NCBI GenBank assembly: GCA_963667845.2
Contig: CAXXVL010000002.1
Span: 3,328,001-3,392,000 of the forward strand
Length of the DNA stretch: 64,000 nt
Direction: 5' to 3'
Origin: Smithellaceae bacterium
Lineage (GTDB): Bacteria > Desulfobacterota > Syntrophia > Syntrophales > Smithellaceae
The translations under genes and the position numbers were made by a program. The notes under the pieces are model-generated. The model was not told the DNA's origin, ran no database searches, and saw only the letters and a program-made list of their open reading frames with translations. Position 1 is the first letter of the stretch; every line of letters starts with the position of its first letter. Below are positions 11,141 through 21,815 of the stretch, one piece after another.

Positions 11141-11632
11141 ATGAGAGAATGCTGCAAATCATCTTTTTTGAGTCTGCTGAGTCTTATACTTATCATCTGT
11201 GTCGCCGGATGCGCGAACGTACGCGACTTTGGCAAGTTTCTCCCCGACGATCAGGCCGCAATTGCATTCGAAACGTACCAGATCAACCCCGACTATCGAT
11301 ATTATACCACTGGTTCCAGCACTTTTCCGGTGGCCGTCATGGCCTTGGACAAATCTTACAAGATGGGGAATGACCTATGAGAAGAAGTGCAGTTGACCCC
11401 GGCCAGCATGAAGGAACTCGTTACGTTCATGCAGCAAAGACTCATGGCATGCTGCGGTCAGACGTGGTCCGGTTTTCTGATTATTGACCCCATGGGCAAA
11501 CAGATTGGCATTCTTTACGCCTATATCGGCGTGGGCATCGCATTCAGGGTGGAAGAAGATAACGTAGTTAAACCGTATGGCCCACGCGACGATGATCAGC
11601 TTAAGAAGTATCAGGACCGTCAGAAAAGATAA
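11141..11632 (+). pseudogene. Lipoprotein gene (about 163 codons) interrupted by an in-frame TGA at 11378-11380
   Basis: ORFs 11141-11380 and 11387-11632 are in the same frame. Lipobox VAGC is present and the junction reads NDL*EEVQLTP. Confidence 0.7.
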
Positions 11633-11669
11633 ATCTAATTACAATCCCGTCAGCAGAGCTTATTTTTTC

Positions 11670-11698
11670 TTGACAGGCGTTTTTTTTGCTGTTAAGGA
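11670..11698 (+). promoter_or_regulatory. Putative promoter of the PxxKW gene
   Basis: TTGACA-N17-TAAGGA with extended TG; same layout as 55389-55417. Confidence 0.45.
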
Positions 11699-11804
11699 CA
11701 CGCCGGTTAAAATATCAGAGACGAAATGTGGATACTTCTTTTGATTCATTGTCCTTTTCCGCGACGTCACAATTTCGAGTAATTATCTATAAGGGGGTTG
11801 TAAA

Positions 11805-12086
11805 ATGATTTGTGAAACTGTTAAAAAAGGTGTGGACTGCGCTTTTATGAGCAAGAAAGGCTGCGGCTTTTTCGGCGGCAGCTGTGTAGTAATAGTCGAT
11901 AAATGCGGAGACTGTAATAAGATTTTTGAATATGAAACCGGAAAATATTGCAAGGTTTATCCGGATCCGAAAAGCAAATGGATGACCGGCAACTGCCCGA
12001 CCGCTTCACATATTAAAATTGAGATTAAAGAAGCTCAGAAGATTAACCCGCTCAAAGCCTCCAAAAGAGCAAGTAAGAAAAAATAG
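11805..12086 (+). CDS. PxxKW family cysteine-rich protein
   Basis: 8 Cys, PKSKW, CPTASH and a basic tail KINPLKASKR. Confidence 0.85.
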   Translation: MICETVKKGVDCAFMSKKGCGFFGGSCVVIVDKCGDCNKIFEYETGKYCKVYPDPKSKWMTGNCPTASHIKIEIKEAQKINPLKASKRASKKK

Positions 12087-12143
12087 CAATATTTTTTATG
12101 CGCAGCAGTCGCTAAAAAGCCGGCAACCAAAATTGCCGGATTT

Positions 12144-12482
12144 TTAGCTCATCATTTTGCTGATTTGCTCCAATTCTTTCTTAATATATACTAATTTTTC
12201 ATGATCGCCGTCTTTAGGTGCCGATTCATCTTTACCGCGCATTTTCATGAGTTGTTTTTTTGCGCCGCTGATGGTGAAGCGCTGCTGATAGAGCAAATTG
12301 CGGATTGTTAATAATTCCTCAACGTCCTTTTTCCGGTATAGACGCTGTGCCGTTTTCGTCCGCACAGGCTTGATCGTCTTAAATTCAGTCTCCCAGTAAC
12401 GGATCACGTAAGGTTCAACACTGAGGATTTTGCTCACTTCTCCAATACGGAAAAAAGCCTTTTCGGGAATTATGCTATCCAT
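12144..12482 (-). CDS. MerR family transcriptional regulator
   Basis: FRIGEVS..L.V..YVIRYWETEF helix-turn-helix; usual position after ihfA. Confidence 0.92.
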   Translation of the reverse strand: MDSIIPEKAFFRIGEVSKILSVEPYVIRYWETEFKTIKPVRTKTAQRLYRKKDVEELLTIRNLLYQQRFTISGAKKQLMKMRGKDESAPKDGDHEKLVYIKKELEQISKMMS

Positions 12483-12606
12483 ACAATTCCTGAATCATAA
12501 CGGAGAAAGATATTTGCAGAAACGAAACAAAATAAAAACCTTCCAATCGCAACCGGATTGGAAAGCTTTTAAAACGTTCAGGCAACGATGTGGTTAATAC
12601 AAGCAA

Positions 12607-12882
12607 CTAACCGTTAAGAGATTTGCGCAGTACCTGGGAGGACTTAAACGTTAAGACCCGGCGTGCGGTGATGGATATTTCCTGTCCGGTTTGCGGATTA
12701 CGGCCACGCCTGGCACGTTTTTCTTTTACCATAAAATTCCCGAAACCGGAAATTTTCACTCTTTCACCTTGGGCAAGGCTGTCTTTGATGATGTCAAACA
12801 CGGATTCAACGATATCCGCTGATTCTTTTTTGGAAAAACCGAGTTTTTCATAAACATTTTGAATAATATCAATCTTCGTCAT
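12607..12882 (-). CDS. ihfA: Integration host factor subunit alpha
   Basis: ISGFGNF and GRNPQTG motifs; follows pheT. Confidence 0.95.
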   Translation of the reverse strand: MTKIDIIQNVYEKLGFSKKESADIVESVFDIIKDSLAQGERVKISGFGNFMVKEKRARRGRNPQTGQEISITARRVLTFKSSQVLRKSLNG

Positions 12883-12915
12883 TTCTCTTCCTCCGTTTTA
12901 ACGTCAAATAAACTG

Positions 12916-15324
12916 TTAGGCTCTTATCTTTGCACCCGTCAGTCGCACCGTGTTGTGCATGATTTTATCATGAATCGAATTGATTTCCGCATCCGTTAAA
13001 GTTCTGTCAAGAGCGCGATAGGAAAAACGCAATCCTAAACTTTTTGTCCCGATGTCCAGACCTTTGCCAGCGTATATATCAAAAATCACCACATTTTCAA
13101 GCAAATCTTCATGCTGACTTAAAACAATTTCTAGCATCTTTTGGGCTTCCAAAGAGGCGGGAATCACAAAAGCGACATCGCGTGTAACGGCTGGAAACTT
13201 GGATATCTCCTTGTAGCTGATCTGGCTTCTGATCTGCTTATTAAGCAAATCAATATTTATTTCAAAGAGATAAGCAGTTCCTTTAATATCCATTTTCTGC
13301 ATCACATCCGGATGTACCTGCCCGAGATAACCTATCTTTGTCCCCTCGATAGCGAGGCCGCATGACTGACCCGGATGCAAAAATGATTCCGATATTTCAG
13401 CACGATACTGAACTTGTTCCAACTTTAGATCGTAAAATAAATTTTCCAGGCAGCCTTTCAGATCGTAAAAATCAACGTTTGCCTTGTTAACCCACAAATC
13501 TTCGGACAATTTTCCGGCTAAAAGACCGGACAGAATATTATTTTCCTCCGGTAATTCCCGGTTTTGAAATTTCAAAAACGTCCGCCCCATTTCGAATACT
13601 TTCAAATTGAAAGAAGCGTTATTGATATTCTTCTTCAAGGTCTCCAGCATCCCGAATGCCATAACTGTACGCATAACGGATTGTTCTTCCGTCAAAGGAT
13701 TCTTGATCATCACAAAGTTGCGTCTCACATCATCTTGTGACAAGCCAAGATAATCGACCGAGGCCGGCGATGAAAAACTGTAGTTTATGATCTCTGAAAA
13801 ACCGCTTCCGACCATCAATTCACGAATTCTTTCCTCAAGACGAAGACGGGGAATAACGGCCATCTCCGTAACCGCTACAGCAGGCAGCGTGATCGGCACC
13901 CGATCGTAGCCATAGAGCCGAACAATCTCTTCAATCAGATCAATTTCTCTTTCGATGTCGACACGAAAGGTCGGCGGGGTGACAAGGTATTTACCCTTCC
14001 CGTCTGCCCGAACCTTCATGTCGAGACTTCTGAGAATTTGGATGACGTCTTTCGCGGGAATAGCCGTACCGATCATTTCGCCGATTCTGCCCAAGCGCAG
14101 CGGAATGTTTTCAACCGGCGTTATTTTTTGAGGATATTCGTCAAGATAATTTTTACAGATAGACCCGCCCGAAAGTTCAGCAATCAATTGCGCCGCGCGA
14201 TTCAATGCGCGGACCACCCCTTCCGGATCAATGCCCCGTTCAAAACGGAATGCAGCGTCCGTCGGCATAGCCAGACGGCGCGAGGAGCGGCGGATGGACG
14301 ACGGAGTGAAATAAGCGCTCTCCAGGAAAACGACGTGAGTATCCTCTTTGACTTCCGAATTCAGCCCTCCCATGATCCCGGCGATGGCAACAGGCTTTTT
14401 CCCATCGCAGATCAACAGAGTGTTTTCGGGAAGCGCGTGGCTTTTTTCGTCGAGGGAAACGAATTCTTCGCCCGCTTTTGATTTGCGAACGACAATCCGC
14501 CCTTCTTCGAGAAAGCGAAAATCGAAGGCATGCAGCGGCTGCCCCATCTCCAGCATAACAAAATTTGTCACATCCACAACGTTATTGATTGCCCGCAGAC
14601 CTGCAGCTTCGAGCCGCATCTTCATCCAGACCGGAGATTCACCAATTTTTACATTCTTGATCATCCTGGCTGAGTAACGAGGGCAGAGGTCTGCATCAAT
14701 AATCGTGACTGAAGAAAAGGTGGAAATGTCTTCACTCGATTCCCTGATTTTGATTTTCGGCATTCGTATATTTTTTCCGGTCAGGGCGGCTATTTCCCGC
14801 GCCATGCCGATCATGCTCAGACAATCGGAACGATTCGGTGTGATGCTGACGTCCAAAACCGTATCGCCCAGGTTCAGCGCGGTCTCCAGGGCCACACCCA
14901 GCGCCGCGTCGGACGGCAATTGCATGATACCTGACGCATCATCGCCGATCTCCAGTTCCGCCTCCGAACACAACATGCCGTCGGATCGTTCACCGCGCAA
15001 TACCGTTGATTTGATCGTGTAGCCTCCCGGAATAACGGCCCCGATTTTAGCAAGCGGAACTACGTCACCCGCTTTAATATTCTTTGCACCGCAGACAATT
15101 GGATACGTGTCGGAGCCATCCGAGACATCGCACAAAGACAATTTATCGGCTCCCGGATGCGGGCTGACCGACATGATCCTGGCGACCACAACGCCTGAAA
15201 ATTTATGCGCAATCGTCTTGATTTCGTCTACTTCCAGACCGGCCATGGTTAGCCGGTTCGCAAGTTCCTGCGCAGTTATGTCCAGATCAATATAATCTTT
15301 TAGCCATTTGAGACTGACGAGCAT
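12916..15324 (-). CDS. pheT: Phenylalanine--tRNA ligase beta subunit
   Basis: TPNRSDCLS, GQPLHAFD, RFERG and a C-terminal FDX-ACB domain. Confidence 0.98.
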   Translation of the reverse strand: MLVSLKWLKDYIDLDITAQELANRLTMAGLEVDEIKTIAHKFSGVVVARIMSVSPHPGADKLSLCDVSDGSDTYPIVCGAKNIKAGDVVPLAKIGAVIPGGYTIKSTVLRGERSDGMLCSEAELEIGDDASGIMQLPSDAALGVALETALNLGDTVLDVSITPNRSDCLSMIGMAREIAALTGKNIRMPKIKIRESSEDISTFSSVTIIDADLCPRYSARMIKNVKIGESPVWMKMRLEAAGLRAINNVVDVTNFVMLEMGQPLHAFDFRFLEEGRIVVRKSKAGEEFVSLDEKSHALPENTLLICDGKKPVAIAGIMGGLNSEVKEDTHVVFLESAYFTPSSIRRSSRRLAMPTDAAFRFERGIDPEGVVRALNRAAQLIAELSGGSICKNYLDEYPQKITPVENIPLRLGRIGEMIGTAIPAKDVIQILRSLDMKVRADGKGKYLVTPPTFRVDIEREIDLIEEIVRLYGYDRVPITLPAVAVTEMAVIPRLRLEERIRELMVGSGFSEIINYSFSSPASVDYLGLSQDDVRRNFVMIKNPLTEEQSVMRTVMAFGMLETLKKNINNASFNLKVFEMGRTFLKFQNRELPEENNILSGLLAGKLSEDLWVNKANVDFYDLKGCLENLFYDLKLEQVQYRAEISESFLHPGQSCGLAIEGTKIGYLGQVHPDVMQKMDIKGTAYLFEINIDLLNKQIRSQISYKEISKFPAVTRDVAFVIPASLEAQKMLEIVLSQHEDLLENVVIFDIYAGKGLDIGTKSLGLRFSYRALDRTLTDAEINSIHDKIMHNTVRLTGAKIRA

Positions 15325-15338
15325 GAGATGAAGCTCTC

Positions 15339-16355
15339 CTAAAATTGTTTAAGGAATCGAATGTCGTTTTCGAATAAAAGGCGGATATCGGAAATGCCGT
15401 ACTTCAGCATGGCAATGCGTTCCAAGCCGAGGCCAAAAGCGAACCCGGTATAGAGATCGGCATCGTAACCTACATTGCGAAAAACGGCGGGATCGACCAT
15501 ACCGGATCCCAGAATTTCCAGCCAGCCGCTTTGCCCGCAGACGCGGCAGCCTTTGCCCTCGCACATGACGCAGTGAATATCGACTTCCGCAGAGGGTTCG
15601 GTAAAGGGAAAAAAGCTGGGACGGAAACGCAGGATCGTATTATCACCGAAGACTTTCTTGAGAAAGGCCGTTAGAATACCTTTCAGATCGGCAAAACTGA
15701 CGCCTCTGTCCACAAGTAAGCCTTCAATTTGATGAAACATGGGTGTGTGGGAAACATCGGAATCGGGCCGGTAAACCCTGCCCGGCGACAAAATACGAAC
15801 AGGAGGCTTCACTTGCTCCATAACTCTCACCTGGACCGGTGAAGTATGAGTGCGCAGAACCATGTTTTCTTCAATATAGAAGGTATCCTGCATGTCCCTC
15901 GCAGGATGGTCCTTTGGGATATTAAGCGCCTCGAAATTGTAATAATCCAGTTCGACTTCCGGGCCTTCAACTACCGAAAAGCCGAATGAGGCGAAAATCT
16001 CACAAATTTCACGGCGGACTTGAATTACGGGATGTATTCTGCCTGGACGGAAACCTCTACCCGGCAATGTGACATCAATTTTTTCTCTTGCGAGAACCTC
16101 TTCTTTTTTGTCCTGTTTTTGGTGCTCCAGAGCTTCTGTTATGCTTCTTTCCAGAAGTTCCTTCGCTTCATTGCAGCGCTTCCCGAACAACGGTTTCTCT
16201 TCGACCGGCACCTGAGCAATATTTCTTAAAAGGCCGGTGAGTAATCCTTTGCGGCCCAGGAATTTTGTTCTCACAGCCAGAATCGACTCTTCGTCTCCGG
16301 CTTTTTCCAGTTCGGCAAGAGCGTCCGTTTCGAGCTGTTGAATATCCGCAATCAT
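15339..16355 (-). CDS. pheS: Phenylalanine--tRNA ligase alpha subunit
   Basis: [22 protein letters not shown] and [14 protein letters not shown] motifs. Confidence 0.99.
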   Translation of the reverse strand: MIADIQQLETDALAELEKAGDEESILAVRTKFLGRKGLLTGLLRNIAQVPVEEKPLFGKRCNEAKELLERSITEALEHQKQDKKEEVLAREKIDVTLPGRGFRPGRIHPVIQVRREICEIFASFGFSVVEGPEVELDYYNFEALNIPKDHPARDMQDTFYIEENMVLRTHTSPVQVRVMEQVKPPVRILSPGRVYRPDSDVSHTPMFHQIEGLLVDRGVSFADLKGILTAFLKKVFGDNTILRFRPSFFPFTEPSAEVDIHCVMCEGKGCRVCGQSGWLEILGSGMVDPAVFRNVGYDADLYTGFAFGLGLERIAMLKYGISDIRLLFENDIRFLKQF

Positions 16356-16711
16356 GCCGCCTGCTCGCCTTTAGCTACGGCCACGACCTTAGCGAAACCC
16401 AGAGGATCATTGACGGCCAATTCCGCTAGAATCTTTCGATCCAGTGCGATGTCCGCTTTCTTCATGCCATTGATGAGGCGGCTGTAAGAAATATTGTTCA
16501 GACGGGCCGCGGCATTGATCCGAGCAATCCATAGCTGGCGGAATTCTCTTTTCCGGCCCCTACGGTCGCGGTATGCATAGCTCAGGGCCTTGTTGACGGC
16601 CTCGGTAGCGGTTCGAAGCAGTCGGCTGCGAGCGCCAAAGAAACCTTTAGCCATTTTTAAAATTTTTCTTCTTTTCTTGCGGGCGGTAACGCCTCTTTTA
16701 ATCCTAGCCAT
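16352..16711 (-). CDS. rplT: 50S ribosomal protein L20
   Basis: MARIKRG and [14 protein letters not shown] motifs. Confidence 0.99.
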   Translation of the reverse strand: MARIKRGVTARKKRRKILKMAKGFFGARSRLLRTATEAVNKALSYAYRDRRGRKREFRQLWIARINAAARLNNISYSRLINGMKKADIALDRKILAELAVNDPLGFAKVVAVAKGEQAA

Positions 16712-16759
16712 TTTCTTTTACTCTCCTCAATTGATACAACTTCTTAAATGCTTTAACGA

Positions 16760-16957
16760 CTATAAATAAGGAATAAGCCTTTTGATGGCGCGTTCATTCG
16801 CGGAATGCACCAATGTGGATTTCCTTAAGGTTCTTTTTCTTTTCGTGGTCTTTTTTGTCAGGATATGACTGGCAAAAGCCTTGCTACGCTTCACCTTCCC
16901 TTTGGCAGTGATGGAAAAGCGTTTGGCAGCCCCTCTGTGCGTTTTCATCTTCGGCAT
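16760..16957 (-). CDS. rpmI: 50S ribosomal protein L35
   Basis: [15 protein letters not shown]-terminus. Confidence 0.99.
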   Translation of the reverse strand: MPKMKTHRGAAKRFSITAKGKVKRSKAFASHILTKKTTKRKRTLRKSTLVHSANERAIKRLIPYL

Positions 16958-16983
16958 ATTCTCACCTCTTCATTCTCATTTAT

Positions 16984-17493
16984 TTATTTTTTCGGCGAAA
17001 CAATCATGACCATGTTCCGGCCTTCAAGCCTCGGTTCCTGATCCATTGTACATTCATCGACCAGCGCAGTTTTTATCTGGTCCATCAATCTACGGCCGAT
17101 CTCGGTAAAGGCGATTTCACGCCCCCGGAACATCATGGAGACTTTCACTTTGTCGTGTTGTTCCAAAAATTTCTTTATATGTTTTATTTTTACCTGTAAA
17201 TCATGCGCCTCCGTTTTGGGTCTTAAACGGATTTCTTTTACATGAATCACCGTCTGGCTTTTTCGCGAGTCATGGACTTTTTTGCTTTGCTTGTAACGGT
17301 ACTTTCCGTAATCCATTATTTTGCAGACAGGTGGTTCGGCATTTGCAGATACTTCAACTAAATCCAGACCGACTCTTTCCGCATTGGCGATCGCCTCGTC
17401 CAAGGAAATAACGCCCAAAGGCTGTCCTTCCTCATTGATGACTCTGACCGTAGCCGACTTTATTTCTCTGTTGATCCTTAAATCCTTAACTAT
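16984..17493 (-). CDS. infC: Translation initiation factor IF-3, probable ATA start
   Basis: PPVCKIMDYGKY and FRGRE motifs. The frame extends 25 codons upstream of the track ORF (VKDLRINREI...) to an ATA 6 nt after GGAGG. Confidence 0.93.
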   Translation of the reverse strand: MVKDLRINREIKSATVRVINEEGQPLGVISLDEAIANAERVGLDLVEVSANAEPPVCKIMDYGKYRYKQSKKVHDSRKSQTVIHVKEIRLRPKTEAHDLQVKIKHIKKFLEQHDKVKVSMMFRGREIAFTEIGRRLMDQIKTALVDECTMDQEPRLEGRNMVMIVSPKK

Positions 17494-17526
17494 ACGGCAC
17501 CTCCTGAAACAAATCTCATGAAAAGC

Positions 17527-19440
17527 TTATTTCTTTTTTTCACACATTTCCCGCACTAAAGCAATGAATTGTTCGACCGGCAAGGCACCGAGATTTTGGC
17601 CGTCGCGCAGCCGCGGCGCCACTGTTCCGGCTTCCATTTCTTTATCGCCGATCACCAGCATGTAGGGAATCTTCTGTAGCTGAGCCTGGCGTATTTTATA
17701 ACCTAATTTTTCATTGTCAAAATATTTTTCGGCACGGATGTCCGCGGCCAAAAGTCTTTTGTGAACTTCTGACGCGTAAGGAATATGCTTGTCTGTCACC
17801 GTCAGCAAGACGCATTGCGTCGGGGCAAGCCAGACCGGAAAGGCACCCGCATATTGTTCGATGAGAACGCCCATAAACCGCTCGATGGCGCCGAGAATCA
17901 CCCGATGCAGCATCACGGGACGATGCTTTTCACCGTCCGCGCCGATGTAACTGAGATCAAATCGCTCCGGCAATGTAAAATCACACTGGATCGTCGCGCA
18001 CTGCCACTTTCTCTTTAAAGCATCTTTGATTTTAAAATCGATTTTTGGCCCGTAAAAAGCACCGTCGCCTTCATTGACTTCGTAAGTGATGTTGTTGTCT
18101 TTGAGAGCGTTTTCCAGCGCAGTGGTTGCCAGTTCCCAATCTGCATCCGACCCGATGGAATGCTCGGGCCTGGTGCTCAACTCCACTTCATATTCAAAAC
18201 CGAAAATCCCCATCGCATAATTGACAAAATCGGCAATAGCGCGGATTTCCGAATTCAGTTGTTCGGGCATGCAAAGGATATGCGCATCATCCTGCGTAAA
18301 TTGACGCACCCGCATCAATCCGTGCAACACGCCTGTCTTCTCGTGACGATGAACGGTACCCAGTTCGAAATAGCGGAGAGGCAAATCCCGATAACTGCGG
18401 ATTTTTGATTTGTAAATCAACATGTGGGAGAGACAATTCATGGGCTTAATTCCATAGGTCTGCTCATCCACTTCAGTAAAATACATATTATCACGATAAT
18501 GGTCAAAATGGCCGGATTTCTTCCACAAATCAACTTTAAGAATCTGGGGCCCCATAACCATATCATAACCGCGCTTCAAGTGCTCTTTGCGCTCCCACTC
18601 TTCGATAATATATCGCAGCAGCATCCCTTTGGGATGAAATATAACCAATCCTGCACCGGCCTCTTCATTGACCTGAAACAAATCCAGTTCCCTGCCCAGA
18701 CGCCGATGATCTCTTTTTTTGGCCTCTTCCAGTAAATTCAAGTAATCCTCAAGCGCCTTTTTATCAGCAAAACCGGTGCCGTAAATACGTTGAAGCATCT
18801 TATTTCTTTCATCACCGCGCCAGTAGGCACCCGCAACGCTGAGCAGTTTAAAGGCTTTGATTTTTCCAGTTGATGGAATGTGCGGCCCACGGCACAAATC
18901 TACATAATCTCCATCCCTATAGACACTGACAACAGAAACATCGGCGGGCAGGTCACGAATGATTTCAACTTTATAATCTTCATGCTTTTCAGCAAACAAC
19001 TCGACCGCTTTCTCCCGTGTCAGTTCTTCCCGCACAAAAGGATAGTCGGCGGCGACAATCTCCCACATGCGTTTCTCGATCTTTTCAAAATCGTCAAGCG
19101 TAAAAGGCTCAGCATACTCAAAATCGTAGTAAAAGCCATCTTCAATAGACGGACCGATGGTAACTTTGGTTCCCTTAAATACGTCCTGCACGGCCTGCGC
19201 CATGACGTGGGATATGCTGTGGCGCAATACGGACAGACCTTCTTTCGATGTCGGAAGAATTGGTTCGACTTTGGAGTCTTCCTTGAGGACAAAGTTCAGA
19301 TCAACGTTTACGCCGTTGACTTTTGCAGCGACGGCGGTCTTGAGGATATCTTTTTGCCAGGCAGCGATCGCATCGTAAACAGTCATACCGATGGGAAAGC
19401 TCTGTTCATTATTATCCGGAAAAACAATTTTTATATTCAT
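17527..19440 (-). CDS. thrS: Threonine--tRNA ligase
   Basis: [21 protein letters not shown] and QCATIQCDF motifs. Start at 19440 or 19470. Confidence 0.98.
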   Translation of the reverse strand: MNIKIVFPDNNEQSFPIGMTVYDAIAAWQKDILKTAVAAKVNGVNVDLNFVLKEDSKVEPILPTSKEGLSVLRHSISHVMAQAVQDVFKGTKVTIGPSIEDGFYYDFEYAEPFTLDDFEKIEKRMWEIVAADYPFVREELTREKAVELFAEKHEDYKVEIIRDLPADVSVVSVYRDGDYVDLCRGPHIPSTGKIKAFKLLSVAGAYWRGDERNKMLQRIYGTGFADKKALEDYLNLLEEAKKRDHRRLGRELDLFQVNEEAGAGLVIFHPKGMLLRYIIEEWERKEHLKRGYDMVMGPQILKVDLWKKSGHFDHYRDNMYFTEVDEQTYGIKPMNCLSHMLIYKSKIRSYRDLPLRYFELGTVHRHEKTGVLHGLMRVRQFTQDDAHILCMPEQLNSEIRAIADFVNYAMGIFGFEYEVELSTRPEHSIGSDADWELATTALENALKDNNITYEVNEGDGAFYGPKIDFKIKDALKRKWQCATIQCDFTLPERFDLSYIGADGEKHRPVMLHRVILGAIERFMGVLIEQYAGAFPVWLAPTQCVLLTVTDKHIPYASEVHKRLLAADIRAEKYFDNEKLGYKIRQAQLQKIPYMLVIGDKEMEAGTVAPRLRDGQNLGALPVEQFIALVREMCEKKK

Positions 19441-19481
19441 AGGGTTCTCAGTCAGCCAATGGATCACCATTGGATTTCATT

Positions 19482-19519
19482 TTAAAAGGGCATCACCATT
19501 TTCGCTGATGCCCTTTTAA
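19482..19519 (-). terminator. Stem-loop between tRNA-Val and thrS
   Basis: 14-bp inverted repeat TTAAAAGGGCATCA / TGATGCCCTTTTAA. Confidence 0.55.
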
Positions 19520-19558
19520 TTATCGGCACTTACGGTATTATGCGGGCTTTAAAAAAAA

Positions 19559-19633
19559 TGGTAGGCAAGCAGGGATTTGAACCCTGGACATCCACCGCGT
19601 CAGGATGGCGCTCTCCCCCTGAGCTACTTGCCT
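19559..19633 (-). tRNA. tRNA-Val(GAC)
   Basis: AGGCAAGTAGCTCAGGGGGAGAGCGCCATCCT-GAC-GCGGTGGATGTCCAGGGTTCAAATCCCTGCTTGCCTACCA folds as a cloverleaf with encoded CCA. Confidence 0.96.
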
Positions 19634-19767
19634 ATATGGAAGATTTCCTCTATCCAACCGCGGAAAACCTTCGATTCTAAAGGAACAATATTATTCCCGT
19701 TTATTGCATATCCCGCAACCGTCGACGGGATGTGCTGTGCTAATGAATTCAACTTTTAGCGTTTGGT

Positions 19768-19796
19768 GAACTAGCAGGAAAACGCTTATGTGTCAA
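19768..19796 (-). promoter_or_regulatory. Putative promoter of the tRNA-Val/thrS operon
   Basis: TTGACA-N17-TAGTTC with extended TG. Confidence 0.5.
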
Positions 19797-19805
19797 GCAA
19801 ATATC

Positions 19806-20366
19806 TTATTTATTGACCTCTTCGGGTACGGATTTATTCAGTATCCCGATCCCACGGAAGATGTAAACCAAACCCGATATGATTGTAAATAGAGCTGTGG
19901 CCCAGCAAAGGGCGATAATCCAATAATATCCGAAATCGTGAGTGACAGCCTTGTATAGCAGGGCGAGAAAGATAGTAGCAACCTGCAAGGCTGTGGTAAT
20001 CTTGCCGACGATAGCCGGTCTTATCTCGTAGGAGATCGACATTAAAGTAAGAATCGCAATTCCGAGCAAAATAATAAAATCGCGGCTAATGACGATAACA
20101 GCCAGCCAGCCTGGGATAAGACCGTAAATAGCCAGCGTTACAAAACTGGTAACCAGCAAAAGCTTATCCGCAATTGGATCCAAATAAGCGCCCAACGTGG
20201 TCTGACATTTCAATAGGCGCGCCAGTGTTCCATCCAGCGCGTCAGTCAGGCCCGCCACCACAAAAGTAACTAGGGCCCTATCATATTCTGACTGAATCAG
20301 AAAAATGACGAATACGGGAACAAGGATGACCCTCAGCAGTGATAAAAAATTTGGTATATTCATCAA
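19806..20366 (-). CDS. CDP-alcohol phosphatidyltransferase (PgsA-like)
   Basis: PNFLSLLR and DALDGTLAR...GAYLDPIADK signature. Confidence 0.92.
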   Translation of the reverse strand: MMNIPNFLSLLRVILVPVFVIFLIQSEYDRALVTFVVAGLTDALDGTLARLLKCQTTLGAYLDPIADKLLLVTSFVTLAIYGLIPGWLAVIVISRDFIILLGIAILTLMSISYEIRPAIVGKITTALQVATIFLALLYKAVTHDFGYYWIIALCWATALFTIISGLVYIFRGIGILNKSVPEEVNK

Positions 20367-20388
20367 TGGTTCGAAGTTTGTTTGTCGT

Positions 20389-21150
20389 TTATGGTTTTTG
20401 ATCTCTTATCTTATTCCACTTCACCCAATCATCCATATCCTCAGCTTCGGTAAACGCTTCGGGCTCCCGGGCCTGACCCTTCGCGGTGATCCGAATCTTC
20501 TGCATCGATTTAACGATGTACACCCATTCTTCCATAGACACGGGTTTGGGACCCTCAACCACAGTCGGTCCTGCAACAGGTTTGGGTGGCCCCTGAACCG
20601 AATCTTCCGTGAGCTTTGTCCTAGAGATACCGGCCACCCGAACTTCACCATCGTACACTTTTACCAGCGCTGATTGGTCACTCTCAACATCCATACGATA
20701 TACGGTGCCCCGAACGCCGGCGACGGCGTTCTGGCAGGATATTTCAAATTTATCCCCTTTCCCCGGCAGAGCTTTCCGCACCTTCGTCCAGATTTTCCCT
20801 ACCGTCACCGAAATCCCGACAGTGCGCTTGCCGTCATCAGCGATATCAGCCTCGATAAGTTTGAAGGACGTCTTTTCGGAAAATCGAACAATACTTTTGT
20901 CCGGCAAAACCATTTCCAGTCGGCTGTCGGCGCCGGTCGTGACCTCACATCCCGCCCGGACAAGATCATTAACCTTGAGAGAGCGCGTTCCTTTTAGCCC
21001 CGCACAAATGACGTCGGCCTTTCCTTTCAACGCTGTGACTTGCGCTTCACCCTTCATCATTTTTACGGGCACCGGCGGCTTGGCCTGCCCGGAAGCAAAA
21101 CAAATCAGCAGCAGCACAATTGAAAAAGCAACAGACATCGATTTTTTCAT
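20389..21150 (-). CDS. Exported FecR-domain protein
   Basis: Signal peptide; TGADSRLE...D.SIVR and AVAGVRGT..V.VYDGEV motifs. Confidence 0.8.
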   Translation of the reverse strand: MKKSMSVAFSIVLLLICFASGQAKPPVPVKMMKGEAQVTALKGKADVICAGLKGTRSLKVNDLVRAGCEVTTGADSRLEMVLPDKSIVRFSEKTSFKLIEADIADDGKRTVGISVTVGKIWTKVRKALPGKGDKFEISCQNAVAGVRGTVYRMDVESDQSALVKVYDGEVRVAGISRTKLTEDSVQGPPKPVAGPTVVEGPKPVSMEEWVYIVKSMQKIRITAKGQAREPEAFTEAEDMDDWVKWNKIRDQKP

Positions 21151-21215
21151 GATCTTCTCCCGGGAATCCTGTCCATAAAAAAAATCTCAAGATATTATTT
21201 GAAAATTGAAAAATG

Positions 21216-21815
21216 CTATCCTCTTAATTTCGGACCGTAAGGCAGCGACTCCATAACTTTGCCGACTGCCTCCTCCAACGCTTCTTCCAAACCGCCGTTG
21301 GATTTCATCTTCAGACTTGTTCGAAACAGATCAAAACTTCTCCTTGTCGACCTGTATTGAGCATTCCATAATGATTCACCAGTCTTTGTGCTGCGCAGTT
21401 CACATCGGATAGCCACAGTAACCGGCGCGTAAAATATCCGTGTCGATGATTGATTTTCGAGAAGTGTGCAATACATGGCACCGTCAGCACCCAACAGCTC
21501 TTCGATTGCTTTCGGCGGAATGACCGTGTTTTTCTTCGTTTCGGAGCTTTCCGTCAGAGGCATCAATTTACTGTCAATTGTCTCCGAGGCGATTTGCGAA
21601 TAGCCCTTAAAACGAAGCTCCTCACTTAATTTCGATCGCAGCATTTTTGCCGCTTTCGTATTCGCCGTATCACTTTCCACTGGCAGCAAAGCAATAGTAT
21701 TCACGACAGGCACATTTCGATCATTTTTGGGCGTTGCCGGCGCGAGAAACGTACAGGCGGGCAGACCTAAACAAACCGCAAAGATTATGGCGACTGAAAT
21801 ATTGTGGGCTCTCAT
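21216..21815 (-). CDS. Lipoprotein, DUF799/GNA1162-like
   Basis: Lipobox LPAC; IALLP, LGADG and STKTGESLW pattern. Confidence 0.6.
   Translation of the reverse strand: MRAHNISVAIIFAVCLGLPACTFLAPATPKNDRNVPVVNTIALLPVESDTANTKAAKMLRSKLSEELRFKGYSQIASETIDSKLMPLTESSETKKNTVIPPKAIEELLGADGAMYCTLLENQSSTRIFYAPVTVAIRCELRSTKTGESLWNAQYRSTRRSFDLFRTSLKMKSNGGLEEALEEAVGKVMESLPYGPKLRG

Noticed and set aside
11378..11420. SECIS element after the in-frame TGA
   Set aside because: Only a weak, mismatched hairpin can be drawn, so Sec recoding is unsupported without homolog data.
19441..19558. Possible tRNA-Thr anticodon-mimic operator upstream of thrS (AATGGTGAT twice, CCGTAA)
   Set aside because: The GGT triplets fall in stems rather than 7-nt loops, so the resemblance to the E. 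coli thrS operator is too weak.
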